Shown here piece after piece: positions 48,643-57,929 of a DNA stretch of 64,000 nt (its first letter is position 1; every line of letters begins with the position of its first letter). The notes under the pieces are model-generated. The model did not search any database, was not told where the DNA came from, and saw only the letters and a program-made list of their open reading frames with translations. The translations under genes were made by a program, and so were the position numbers. Source of the stretch: an uncultured Candidatus Rokubacteria bacterium (GTDB lineage: Bacteria > Methylomirabilota > Methylomirabilia > Rokubacteriales > DASRDR01); assembly GCA_963708025.1 (NCBI GenBank), contig CAVPSB010000019.1, positions 96,001 through 160,000 on the forward strand. The letters run 5' to 3'.

Positions 48643-48937
48643 CTACTTCTTGCCGCCGAGGACCGCGTCCTTCATGGCCTTGGCCACGCGGAACTTCACC
48701 ACGCGCTTGGCCGCGATCTTGATCGGCTCCCCGGTCTGCGGATTGCGCCCCATCCGGGCCTTCCGGTTCGAGAGCACCAGCTTGCCGAAGCCAGGAACGA
48801 CGAAGCCGTTCTTCTTGGCCTCCTTGACGGCCAGCGCCTGGAACTCGTCCAACAGGCCGACCACCTGCTTCTTGGTGAGGGTCGAACTTGTCGGCCAGGT
48901 GCGAGATCACCGAGGACTTGGTCATCATCTTTGCCAT
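48643..48937 (-). CDS. hup: HU-family DNA-binding protein (single frameshift near 48880)
   Basis: MAKMMTKSSVISHLA joined to GFGK...RMGRNPQTGE.IKI..KFR. Confidence 0.88.
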
Positions 48938-49024
48938 CGACACGCTCCTTTCAGGGGTGTGTGGGTCATGCCACCCGGGCCGGGTGGCGAGCGGGGCGTG
49001 TTGCCCTCCGCATGGTTTCCTGCC

Positions 49025-50326
49025 TCACGTGCACCTCGGGCCGGACGGCCGTCCGGCGGCGACCGGCGCCGCCATCGGATGTGCGAACCGAAAGTCCTTG
49101 GACTCCGCCAGGCGCCGGTAGGAGCCGAAGCGCGCCTCCGGGTCGTCCACCGTATCGAGCGGCTCGGGCTCGTCCTCCATCGGGTCGGCGTAAAGCTTCA
49201 GGATCTCGTAGGTGGTGCTCCGCTGCGCTGGGATCCGGCCGAGGTCCCGCGCCAGCCGGCGCAGCTCAGCCGGTGGCACGAGCTGCCCGTAGGGTGCCCC
49301 GGCCGAAGTGGAGATGCTCTCGTTGATCAGGGTGCCGCCGACGTCGTTGGCTCCGGCGGCCAGCAGCATCTGGGCGAGCTTGGGTCCCTCCTTGACCCAC
49401 GAGCTCTGGATGTTCCGGAACGTGGCACCCAGCATCAACCGGGCCAGCGCGTGGACGCGCACCACCTCGGCCCCGGTGGCGCCGGGCCGGACGCCAGCCA
49501 CCAGGCGCCGCTGGTACATCGGCGCTTCCTGGTGGATGAGGGACAGCGGGACGAACTCCGTGAAGCCGCCGGTATCCCGCTGGACATCACGGAGCAGTGC
49601 CAGGTGGCGCACCCAGTGGGCCGGCGTCTCGATGTGTCCGTACATCATGGTCGACGTCGTGCGGATCCCCAGCCCGTGGGCGGTGGTGATCACCTCGAGC
49701 CACTGTCGGGTCGAGATCCGCCCCTTCGCGATCACGTCGCGGATCTCGTCGTCCAGGATCTCGGCCGAGGTGCCCGGCAGCGTGCCGAGCCCGGCGGCCC
49801 GCAGCTCGGTCAGGTACTCCCGGATCGAGAGACCCGACCGCGTGACCCCGTACAGGACCTCTTCCGGCGAGAACGCATGGATGTGGAGGTCGGGCAGCTC
49901 GCGCGCGATCGTCCCGCACAGCTCGATGTAGAACCGGCCGTCGAGCTTCGGCGGGAGCCCGGCCTGGATGCACACCTCGGTGGCGCCCAGCTCCCGCGCC
50001 TCCCGGGCCCGCCGGACGATCTCCTCCATCGGGAGGAGGTAGCCCTCCTCTTCCCGGTGGTCCCGGCTGAAGGCGCAGAACGTGCAATGCTTGATGCAGA
50101 CGTTGGTGAAATTGATGTTGCGGTTGACGACGTAGGTCACGACGTCCCCCGCCTGGCGGGATCGTAGCTCGTCGGCCACCAGGGCCAGGGCCTGGAGCTC
50201 GCGCCCGGTGGCCTCGCAGAGGGCGAGCCCGTCGGCCACCGACGCCTCGCCGCCCTCCAGCGCCCGGTCCAGGGCGGCCCGCGCGCCGCGGCCAATGCCG
50301 TCGAACAGGGCGCCGAGCTGACTCAT
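49025..50326 (-). CDS. cofH: FO synthase subunit 2 (radical SAM)
   Basis: VVNRNINFTNVCIKHCTFC, LPGTSAEILDD, NIQSSWVK.G, GTLINESIS. Confidence 0.93.
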   Translation of the reverse strand: MSQLGALFDGIGRGARAALDRALEGGEASVADGLALCEATGRELQALALVADELRSRQAGDVVTYVVNRNINFTNVCIKHCTFCAFSRDHREEEGYLLPMEEIVRRAREARELGATEVCIQAGLPPKLDGRFYIELCGTIARELPDLHIHAFSPEEVLYGVTRSGLSIREYLTELRAAGLGTLPGTSAEILDDEIRDVIAKGRISTRQWLEVITTAHGLGIRTTSTMMYGHIETPAHWVRHLALLRDVQRDTGGFTEFVPLSLIHQEAPMYQRRLVAGVRPGATGAEVVRVHALARLMLGATFRNIQSSWVKEGPKLAQMLLAAGANDVGGTLINESISTSAGAPYGQLVPPAELRRLARDLGRIPAQRSTTYEILKLYADPMEDEPEPLDTVDDPEARFGSYRRLAESKDFRFAHPMAAPVAAGRPSGPRCT

Positions 50327-51543
50327 GCCGCGCCTCCAACCTGGACCGCCTCGTCCGGCACCAGATGGCTCGCGTCCACCAGGCCGGCCACCCGCGATCG
50401 CAGTGACTCGGGCACGAACCCCGGCCGGGCGATGAACTCGGGGTAGATCGCCAGCCGCTCCCGAAGCCGGCCCCCCGCCGCCGCCGTCGCCCGGACGAGC
50501 GCGGTCAGGTGGGGCCAGGGCGCCTCCGGGTTGATGTAGTCGATGGTCAGCGGTGAGATGCCGCCCCAGTCGTTCAGCCCGGCGGCGATCAGGCCCGGGT
50601 AGGTGCCGGGCGAGAGGTTGGGCGGGGCCTGGACGTTCATCGCGGGCCCGAGCAGGAGCCGCGCCACGGCGATCGTCCGGCGCAGCTCCCCGAGATCCGG
50701 CTCGGGGTGTCGCGCCATGGGGATGTCCGGCTTCACCCGGAAGTTCTGGACGATCACCTCCTGGACGTGGCCGTGGCGCGCGTGCACGTCACGGATGGCG
50801 AGGAGGGCCTCGACGCGTTCGCCCCGCGTCTCGCCGATGCCGATCAGGATGCCGGTCGTGAAGGCGATCCCGACCCGGCCGGCCGCTTCCAGGGTCTGGA
50901 GCCGCCGGCGGGGGAGCTTGTCGGGCGCCTGCTCGTGCGGCCCGCCGGGTCCTGCGAGCCGGTCGGCGACCGTCTCCAGCATGAGCCCGACGCTGACGTT
51001 GCTGTCCCGGAGCGCCCGGAGGTCCCGCTCGCTCATGAGCCCGGGGTTGGCGTGCGGCAGGAGCGGGGTGTGGCGGACGATCGCCTCCGAGGCGGCTCGC
51101 ACGTAATCCAGCGTGGTGCGATATCCGTGCCGGCGCAGCCAGTCCCGATGCTCCGGGAAGCGCGCCTCCGGCTTGTCGCCCAGGGAGAGGAGGGCCTCCT
51201 TGCAGCCGAGCCGGGCGCCGGCCTCGCACACGGCCAGCACTTCGTCGAGGCTCATCGTGTGGGCGCCGGGCTGGCCGGGGTCGCGCTTGAACGTGCAGTA
51301 GCCGCAGTCGTCCCGACAGAGGTTGGTCAGCGGGAGGAAGACCTTCCGGGAATACGTGACCGTCCGTCCCTTGCCGGCATCGCGGACGGCGGCGGCCGCG
51401 GACAACACGGCGGGCAGCTCGGCGGCCGATGCCTCGATCAGCGCCATCCCGGCGTCCCGGTCGAGCAGCCGCCCGGCCCGGGCCCGCTCCAGGGCGGCAT
51501 CGACGGCCGGGGACAGCCGTCCGTCCGTCACGCGGCGCTCCAT
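50323..51543 (-). CDS. cofG: FO synthase subunit 1 (radical SAM)
   Basis: TYSRKVFLPLTNLCRDDCGYC, LPHANPG, FTTGILIGIGE, QAPPNL, DWGGISP. Confidence 0.93.
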   Translation of the reverse strand: MERRVTDGRLSPAVDAALERARAGRLLDRDAGMALIEASAAELPAVLSAAAAVRDAGKGRTVTYSRKVFLPLTNLCRDDCGYCTFKRDPGQPGAHTMSLDEVLAVCEAGARLGCKEALLSLGDKPEARFPEHRDWLRRHGYRTTLDYVRAASEAIVRHTPLLPHANPGLMSERDLRALRDSNVSVGLMLETVADRLAGPGGPHEQAPDKLPRRRLQTLEAAGRVGIAFTTGILIGIGETRGERVEALLAIRDVHARHGHVQEVIVQNFRVKPDIPMARHPEPDLGELRRTIAVARLLLGPAMNVQAPPNLSPGTYPGLIAAGLNDWGGISPLTIDYINPEAPWPHLTALVRATAAAGGRLRERLAIYPEFIARPGFVPESLRSRVAGLVDASHLVPDEAVQVGGAA

Positions 51544-51956
51544 TCGATGACCCGCTCGGGTGTGATCTTGATCATCGGCGCCCGGGGGGCGAGGGGGGTC
51601 GTCGCGTGGTATTGCGGGTACTTCGCCAGGAGCAGGCCCCGTGCCGCCTCCCACTCGGGCCCCGGCTCGAGGAGCTCGGCCTGGCCCTGGACCATGACGT
51701 AGCGGAGCTGGCGCCAGTCCTCCGCGTAATGGTCGAAGAGGAGCGCGACCCGCGGGTTCGCGCGGATGTTCCGCACCCGTCGCAGCCGTTCCGGCGGGAG
51801 CCGCTTCGGCTTGGCGTCGAGCGCCGAGTAGTAGGCCTGGCCGTCGGTGGCATAGCAGACCGGCACCAGGTGAGGGTACCCCGTCTCGTCGACGGTGGCG
51901 AGCCGGGCGACCCGGCTCTCGGCAGCGAGTGCCCCTCGCGCGCCGGACCCCGACAT
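51528..51956 (-). CDS. PPOX-class (split-barrel) putative F420-dependent protein
   Basis: RVARLAT..PHLVPV, D.KPK, NIRANPRV, DHY.EDW. Confidence 0.85.
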   Translation of the reverse strand: MSGSGARGALAAESRVARLATVDETGYPHLVPVCYATDGQAYYSALDAKPKRLPPERLRRVRNIRANPRVALLFDHYAEDWRQLRYVMVQGQAELLEPGPEWEAARGLLLAKYPQYHATTPLAPRAPMIKITPERVIEWSAA

Positions 51957-52945
51957 CACCGCGCCCGGGTCACCTTCGGCCGGACTTCCGTGGCGAAGCG
52001 CTCCATGGTCTCCACCATGGCGCTGGGGTCCTGCTCGGTGAAGTCGAAGACGAAGAACTGGACGCCGGCCCGTCGGTAGGCCCGGATGTCCCCCGCGACC
52101 TTCTCGGCCGGTCCGCGAAGGGGATTGCCCTGGAGCATCGGCCCCCCCGCTGCCGCCGCCGCCTTGCGCGAGCGGCGCCGGCCGGGCCAGATCTCGAGCG
52201 GGGCGCGCAGGGTGAGGCGGATGGCTTCGGAGCGCCGTCCCGCCCGGGCGGCGTGGGCCCGGAGCTGCTGGGCTTTCTCGGTGTACTCGGCCGGGGTGAG
52301 CCCGGCCGGCGGCCGGAGCCCGATCGGATGCCACCCGTCGCCCAGTTCGGCCGCCCGTCGGATCGCCGCTGGCCCGTGACCCCCGATCCAGATGGGGGGG
52401 TGGGGCTTCTGGAGCGGCTTCGGGAAGAGGGTGACGTCGCGTACCTGGTAGTACTTGCCGGCGAAGGCCGGCTCGTCGAGCGTCCACAGCTCCTTCATCA
52501 GGCGGATGTACTCGTCGGTCACCGCGCCTCGCTCGGCGAAGGGCGGGGCGGCCAGCGCCTGGAACTCCTCGGGCCACCAGCCCACGCCGCAGCCGACGAT
52601 GACCCGGCCCCCGGAGCAGGCGTCGAGCGTCGCGAGCTGCTTGGCAGTCACGACCGGATTCCGATACGGCACCACGAGCACGCTGGTGCCCACCCTGATC
52701 CGCCGCGTCGCCGCCAGGAGCCAGCCCATGAGCACGAGGGGCTCGAGGTAGTCCTGCCGCGAGCCGCCCGGAAACTCCCCGGTCGGGCTGTAGGGATAGG
52801 GCGCCGAGCTCCGCGTGGGTAGCACGACGTGATCGGAGATCGTGACGCACGAGTACCCGAGGGCCTCCGCCTTCCGGGCGAGTCGGATCAGGATCGAGGG
52901 CTTGGCCAGAGGCCCGCGACTGGGGAGGGAGAAGCCGAACTCCAC
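51956..52945 (-). CDS. LLM-class putative F420-dependent oxidoreductase
   Basis: SDHVVLP, GTSVLVVPYRNP, LATLD..SGGR, PKPLQKPHPPIWIGG. Confidence 0.9.
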   Translation of the reverse strand: MEFGFSLPSRGPLAKPSILIRLARKAEALGYSCVTISDHVVLPTRSSAPYPYSPTGEFPGGSRQDYLEPLVLMGWLLAATRRIRVGTSVLVVPYRNPVVTAKQLATLDACSGGRVIVGCGVGWWPEEFQALAAPPFAERGAVTDEYIRLMKELWTLDEPAFAGKYYQVRDVTLFPKPLQKPHPPIWIGGHGPAAIRRAAELGDGWHPIGLRPPAGLTPAEYTEKAQQLRAHAARAGRRSEAIRLTLRAPLEIWPGRRRSRKAAAAAGGPMLQGNPLRGPAEKVAGDIRAYRRAGVQFFVFDFTEQDPSAMVETMERFATEVRPKVTRAR

Positions 52946-53244
52946 GGGCTGACCTCCGCTCGCTGCACGCCGGCCCTGCTTCACAGCGACCGATCGTATG
53001 CCGATTCTCGCCGCAACGCAAGGGGCGAAAAATCCGGAAGCCCTCGCGCGCCCGCGTGGAATGCGCCCGGAACGCGCCTCGCCTCCGGGCGGCACCGGTC
53101 TGGCCTCCACCGGCGGCCTCCGCCACCGGACGCGGCCGCTCGCCGGCTGAGGACCGGCTGAGGAATTGTTTGACAAGCCCGCGGCTCTCGTACGACCCTG
53201 ACTTTCTCGCGGCCACGGGTCGTGGAGTGTCGGGGAGGACGGAT

Positions 53245-56200
53245 GTGAACGAGCGCCTTAGCGCCGAGCCGGCCGATCGCCTCACGCCCGCCGAGTCTCT
53301 CCTGGCGATCGCGAGCACCATCGGCTCGACCCTGGACCTGGCCGAGGCCCTGCGCCGGATCTGTCGCGAGCTGGCCCGCCTGACCGGCGCCGACGCGGTC
53401 GGCGCCTACCTCTACGACCGGGACCGCGACCTGCTCCTCCCGACGGCCGCCTACCGGGTTCCGAAGGAGCACCTGGCGACGCTGGCCGCGGCCGCCATTC
53501 CCCTTCGCCAGCAGGGCTTTCATCTCCCGCTGTGGACAACCCGCCGTCCCGTCCACACGGAAGACGTGGCGCACGACGAGCGGTTCAGCCACGCGATGTT
53601 CCGGGAGATCCCCCACCAGTCCGGTCTCGTCCTACCCCTCGTGCTCGACGACGAGGTGGCCGGAGCCTTCTACCTGGTCTGGTTCAAGGTGCGCCGGACC
53701 TTCACCGAGTCGGAGCTGGCGCTCCTCGAGCAGGTGAGTGGCCAGGTGGGGCTGCTGCTGCGCAACGTCCGGCTGTACGAGCAGGCCGACCGGGACCGCC
53801 GGCGGCTCGAGGCCCTCTACGAGCTCTCCGGCCGGCTGGCGGCGCTGCATGACACCGACGAGATGCTCGGCCTCATCCTGGATGAGGCGACCCGGGTCGT
53901 CGGCGGCGACGGCGCGGCCATCCGACTCCTGGACCGTGGCGAGCTGGTGATGGCCGCCCAGACGGAGGGAAACCGGGCGCTGGGGACGCGGCCGCGGTTG
54001 AAGGTCGGGGAGAGCCTGACCGGCCTGGTGGTGGCGACCGGCGAGCCGCTCGTGGTGAACGACATCGCGTCGGATCCCCGCTGCGACGCGGCGGTCCGGG
54101 TCGCGGTGCTCGCCCAGGGCTTGAAGTCCTTCGTCGGCGTCCCGCTGCGCAGCCACGGACTGCCGCTGGGCACCCTGACCATCCACCGGAAGACCGATCG
54201 CCGGTTCACCCCGGACGAGGTCGGCTTGCTGACGGCGCTCGCCGACCACGCCTCCCTCGCGCTGGAGAAGAGCCGCCTGCTCCGCGGGGCCGAGCAGGGC
54301 CGGCAGTTGCTCGAGCGGCTGTACGAGGTGGCCCTCTCGATGCAGGCCTCGTGGGAGCGGGAGGACCGGCTCCGCGCCTTCGTCCGCGGCGCGGCCGAGG
54401 TGGTCGGCTTCGACCGGGTCGACGTGCGGCTCGTCACGCCGGACGGCGCCGCCCTCGAGCTGGTGGCGATGCACGGCGAAGGCCCAAACCCGCCGCCGGG
54501 TCGTCTGCCGCTCACTCCCGAGGCCGGACCCTACTACCAGGCGTTCACCACCCGCCGGACGGTGGCGATGCTTTCCGACGCCGGCCTCGCGACCGTCCTG
54601 CCGCTGGCTCCCGCGTATCGCGCCCTCCCGGTGTTCCGGACGCGGCGGTTCGTGGTCGCGCCGATCGTGGTGGGCGAGCGGGCCCTGGGGGTCGTGAGCG
54701 CCGACAACAAGCCGAGCCGTCGTCCGATCAGCGCCGCCGCGCTCGAGCCGTTCCGCCTCCTCTGCCAGCAGCTCGCCATGGCGCTGGAGGAGGCCCGACT
54801 CTACGCCGAGGCCCAGGCCCGGGAGCAGGAGGCGATGAAGCTCGCGACCGGGCTCACCCTCCTCAACCAGGCCAGCCGGGCCCTCTACCGCACCCTCGAT
54901 GTCGACGGCGTGCTCCGGGGTGCGCTCGACGAGCTAGCCCAGGCGTTCGGCGCCGGCGCCGTGCTCGTGGTTCAGCTCGACGAGAACGGGGAGGTCATCC
55001 GGCGCATCGGACGCTGGCTCTCCGACGAGCACGGCCGCGATGTCGTCACCCGACAGCGCGGGCTCACCCAGCTCGTGCGGGACGCCCGGAAGCCGATCGT
55101 CCTCCACGACGTGTGGAAGCACTCCGACATCGTTCAGCCGGCCCACCTGAAGCACGGGGTCCGGTCGCTGGTGGCGGTCCCCCTCGTGGGTCAGGGGGAC
55201 CGGGTGCTCGGCGTGCTCTACCTCTACTACACGCAGCCCCAGGCCTTTCCCGGAAGCGAGGTGTCGCTCCTCACCGCCTACGCCGGACAGCTCGCCACCG
55301 CGCTGGAGAACGCGCAGCTCTACGAGGAGGCCCAGAGCCAGCGGACCCGCCTCCGCCTGATCTTCGACTCCACCTCGGACGGCATCATCCTGCTCGGCCG
55401 CGACGGTCGGGTGGAGGCCGCCAACCGGCGGGCCGCCGAGCTGCTGGGGTTCGACCACGAGACGGTGGCCGGCGCCAGCCTGATCGAGCTGCTGGCCGGG
55501 CGCTTCCGGACCCCGGCCGAGTCCCTCCGGGTCGGGACCGCCTTCCGGGCGCTGCTCGAGACCCCCGAGCCGGGCGGGCACGGCGATCTCGAGATCGTGG
55601 AGCCCACGCGGCGCGTGCTCCACTGGGTCGGCCAGCCGACCCGGAACGCGGGCGGCGCCACCATCAGCCTCACGCTGACCTTCCAGGACGTCACCGAGGA
55701 GCGCGAGGTCAGCCAGATGAAGTCCGACTTCGTCTCGTTCGTCACCCACCAGCTCCGCACGCCGCTGGCGGGGATCAAGTGGCTGCTGGAGCTGACGGTC
55801 CAGGGCAGCGAGGTGCCGGAGGTGACGCGCTCGTACATCCAGGACGCCCGCGAGGCGAACGAGCGTCTCATCGGGCTCGTCAACGACCTGCTCAACGTCT
55901 CGCACCTGGAGAGCGGCAAGATCAGCCTGGCGCCGAAGGCGACCGATATCGTGGCGCTCACCGCCGACGTCGTCAACGAGCTCGGCCCGCTCCTCCGCGA
56001 CAAGGGGCACCGGTGGTCGGTTGACGTGGGCGAGCGTCTGCCCTCGGTGATGGTCGATCCGCGGCTCCTGCGCCAGGTGGTGCTGAACCTGATCTCGAAC
56101 GCGGTGAAGTACACGAAGCCCGGGGGTGAGATCGCCGTCCGCATCAGCCGGGACGTCGGCACGCTTCACTGGCTCGTCCGCGACAGCGGCATCGGGATTC

Positions 56201-56394
56201 CGAGGGAGGCGCAGGGGCGGCTGTTCGAGAAGTTCTTCCGGGCCGAGAACGTGCTGACGCTGGAAACCGAGGGGACCGGCCTCGGGCTCTATCTGGTCCG
56301 GCTGATCCTGGAGCAGTTCGGGGGCCGGATCGCTTGCCAATCCGAGGAGGGCCGGGGCTCGACGTTCGTCTTCACCCTGCCGCTGGCGGACTGA
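53245..56394 (+). CDS. Multi-GAF/PAS sensor histidine kinase
   Basis: Four GAF-like repeats, a PAS-like segment, THQLRTPL, NAVKY, DSGIG, GTGLGL. Confidence 0.92.
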   Translation: MNERLSAEPADRLTPAESLLAIASTIGSTLDLAEALRRICRELARLTGADAVGAYLYDRDRDLLLPTAAYRVPKEHLATLAAAAIPLRQQGFHLPLWTTRRPVHTEDVAHDERFSHAMFREIPHQSGLVLPLVLDDEVAGAFYLVWFKVRRTFTESELALLEQVSGQVGLLLRNVRLYEQADRDRRRLEALYELSGRLAALHDTDEMLGLILDEATRVVGGDGAAIRLLDRGELVMAAQTEGNRALGTRPRLKVGESLTGLVVATGEPLVVNDIASDPRCDAAVRVAVLAQGLKSFVGVPLRSHGLPLGTLTIHRKTDRRFTPDEVGLLTALADHASLALEKSRLLRGAEQGRQLLERLYEVALSMQASWEREDRLRAFVRGAAEVVGFDRVDVRLVTPDGAALELVAMHGEGPNPPPGRLPLTPEAGPYYQAFTTRRTVAMLSDAGLATVLPLAPAYRALPVFRTRRFVVAPIVVGERALGVVSADNKPSRRPISAAALEPFRLLCQQLAMALEEARLYAEAQAREQEAMKLATGLTLLNQASRALYRTLDVDGVLRGALDELAQAFGAGAVLVVQLDENGEVIRRIGRWLSDEHGRDVVTRQRGLTQLVRDARKPIVLHDVWKHSDIVQPAHLKHGVRSLVAVPLVGQGDRVLGVLYLYYTQPQAFPGSEVSLLTAYAGQLATALENAQLYEEAQSQRTRLRLIFDSTSDGIILLGRDGRVEAANRRAAELLGFDHETVAGASLIELLAGRFRTPAESLRVGTAFRALLETPEPGGHGDLEIVEPTRRVLHWVGQPTRNAGGATISLTLTFQDVTEEREVSQMKSDFVSFVTHQLRTPLAGIKWLLELTVQGSEVPEVTRSYIQDAREANERLIGLVNDLLNVSHLESGKISLAPKATDIVALTADVVNELGPLLRDKGHRWSVDVGERLPSVMVDPRLLRQVVLNLISNAVKYTKPGGEIAVRISRDVGTLHWLVRDSGIGIPREAQGRLFEKFFRAENVLTLETEGTGLGLYLVRLILEQFGGRIACQSEEGRGSTFVFTLPLAD

Positions 56395-56504
56395 GAGGAA
56401 GTGAATCAATCGGGTCCTCCGGCCCCCCCTCCCCCCAGCCAAAGGCCGAAGGCCGTCGAACGGTGGGCGAGGGGGGTTGGGGGGGAGGGCGGGGGGTCCC
56501 GAAC
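56391..56504 (+). repeat. Repeat family C, copy 4
   Basis: Begins at the kinase stop codon (TGAGAG), ends GGGGTCCCGAAC. Confidence 0.8.
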
Positions 56505-56515
56505 TGAGGAGGGCC

Positions 56516-56899
56516 ATGGGAACGGCGGGAAAGCGCCTACTGCTCGTGGAGGATGACCGCTTCCTGCGGCGGGCCTGCGAGGCCAGCCTGCGTCAACGCG
56601 GTTACGACGTGCTGACGGCGGCCGACGGGGAGGAGGGCCTCCGGCTGGCCCGGGCCGAGACGCCCGACCTCGTCCTGCTCGATCTCCTCTTGCCCAAGCT
56701 GAGCGGGCTCGAGGTCCTGCGGAGCCTCCGGAGCGATGCGGCGACCCGGGACCTGCCGGTGCTGATTCTCTCGAATTCGTCGCGGGAGCAGGACGTCTCG
56801 GAGATCACCCGGCTGGGCGTCGAGGGCTACCTGGTCAAGGCCGATCTCTCGCTCAAGGCGCTCGGGGATCGAGTGGCCCGGATCCTGGAGGGCGCCTGA
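56516..56899 (+). CDS. Single-domain response regulator
   Basis: LVEDD, LLD, LSN, YLVK. Confidence 0.9.
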   Translation: MGTAGKRLLLVEDDRFLRRACEASLRQRGYDVLTAADGEEGLRLARAETPDLVLLDLLLPKLSGLEVLRSLRSDAATRDLPVLILSNSSREQDVSEITRLGVEGYLVKADLSLKALGDRVARILEGA

Positions 56900-56977
56900 T
56901 GGCGCCGCCGCGGCGGATCCGGCCGCCCGCGACCGACCGGCGCCGACAGCGGCGATCTGATCCGCGGCGGCAGTGAC

Positions 56978-57346
56978 ATGGAGCAGCTACCGAGCAACCC
57001 GATCGACGTCCGACGCCTTCGCGACTCGCTGGCCGAGGCCGGAGTCCCCGCGGTCTTCCGGGAGCTGGTTACCGTGTTCCTGCACGAGACGCCAGAGCGG
57101 CTCGCCGCGCTCCGGCAGGCCGTGGTCGCCGGGGACCGGCGGACGATGAAGTTCGTCGCGCACACCCTGAAGGGGACGTCCGGCTACCTGGGGGCCCGGG
57201 GCCTCTCGCAGATCTGCCTGGAGCTGGAGGGGGTGAGCGCGACCGCCTCGCCCGGGGCGGGCCTGCCGCTCCTGGACGCGCTGGAGGCGGAGTTCGGCCG
57301 GGTTCGAGCCGCGCTCGAGCGCGAGCTCGGGGAGGGCCCCCGATGA
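56978..57346 (+). CDS. Stand-alone Hpt phosphotransfer protein
   Basis: AHTLKGTSGYLGA. Confidence 0.88.
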   Translation: MEQLPSNPIDVRRLRDSLAEAGVPAVFRELVTVFLHETPERLAALRQAVVAGDRRTMKFVAHTLKGTSGYLGARGLSQICLELEGVSATASPGAGLPLLDALEAEFGRVRAALERELGEGPR

Positions 57347-57915
57347 GGATCCTCGTCGCCGAGGACGACAGCGTCTCCCGCCGCCTCCTCACCGTCACGC
57401 TCGAGGGGCTCGGGCACGAGGTGACGGGGGCGCCCGACGGGCGGGAGGCCTGGGGCGAGTTCGAGCGGAGTCCGTTCCCGGTGGTGATCTCGGACTGGAT
57501 GATGCCCGAGCTGGACGGGCTCGAGCTGTGCCGGCGCATTCGCGCCGCCGATCACACGAAGTACACCTACATCATCCTGCTCACCGCCCTGGGGGGCAAA
57601 GGCCACTACCTCCAGGGGATGGACGCCGGCGCCGACGACTTCCTCATGAAGCCTCTCGACCCGGCCGAGCTGCGGGTCCGGCTGCGGGTCGCCGAGCGAC
57701 TGCTCGGGCTCCAGGCGGAGGTCCGCCAGCTCGAGGGCCTCCTGCCGATCTGCTCGTACTGCAAGCGGATCCGGGACGAGAAGAACGAGTGGACTCGCAT
57801 CGAGACGTACATCGCGAGTCGGACCGACGCGACGTTCACCCACGGGGTCTGCGCCGAATGCAAGGAGAAGGTCCTCCAGCCGGAGCTCGACCGGCTGAAG
57901 CGCCGGTTCTCCTAG
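57343..57915 (+). CDS. Response regulator with a C-terminal Cys/His zinc-ribbon-like domain
   Basis: AEDD, SDWMMP, KP; PICSYCKRIR...THGVCAEC. Confidence 0.88.
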   Translation: MRILVAEDDSVSRRLLTVTLEGLGHEVTGAPDGREAWGEFERSPFPVVISDWMMPELDGLELCRRIRAADHTKYTYIILLTALGGKGHYLQGMDAGADDFLMKPLDPAELRVRLRVAERLLGLQAEVRQLEGLLPICSYCKRIRDEKNEWTRIETYIASRTDATFTHGVCAECKEKVLQPELDRLKRRFS

Positions 57916-57929
57916 TTTCTTGGGGGGAG

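Noticed and set aside
48643-48937. Programmed frameshift or pseudogene in hup
   Set aside because: A single extra base in a short run; consistent with the indel errors seen elsewhere
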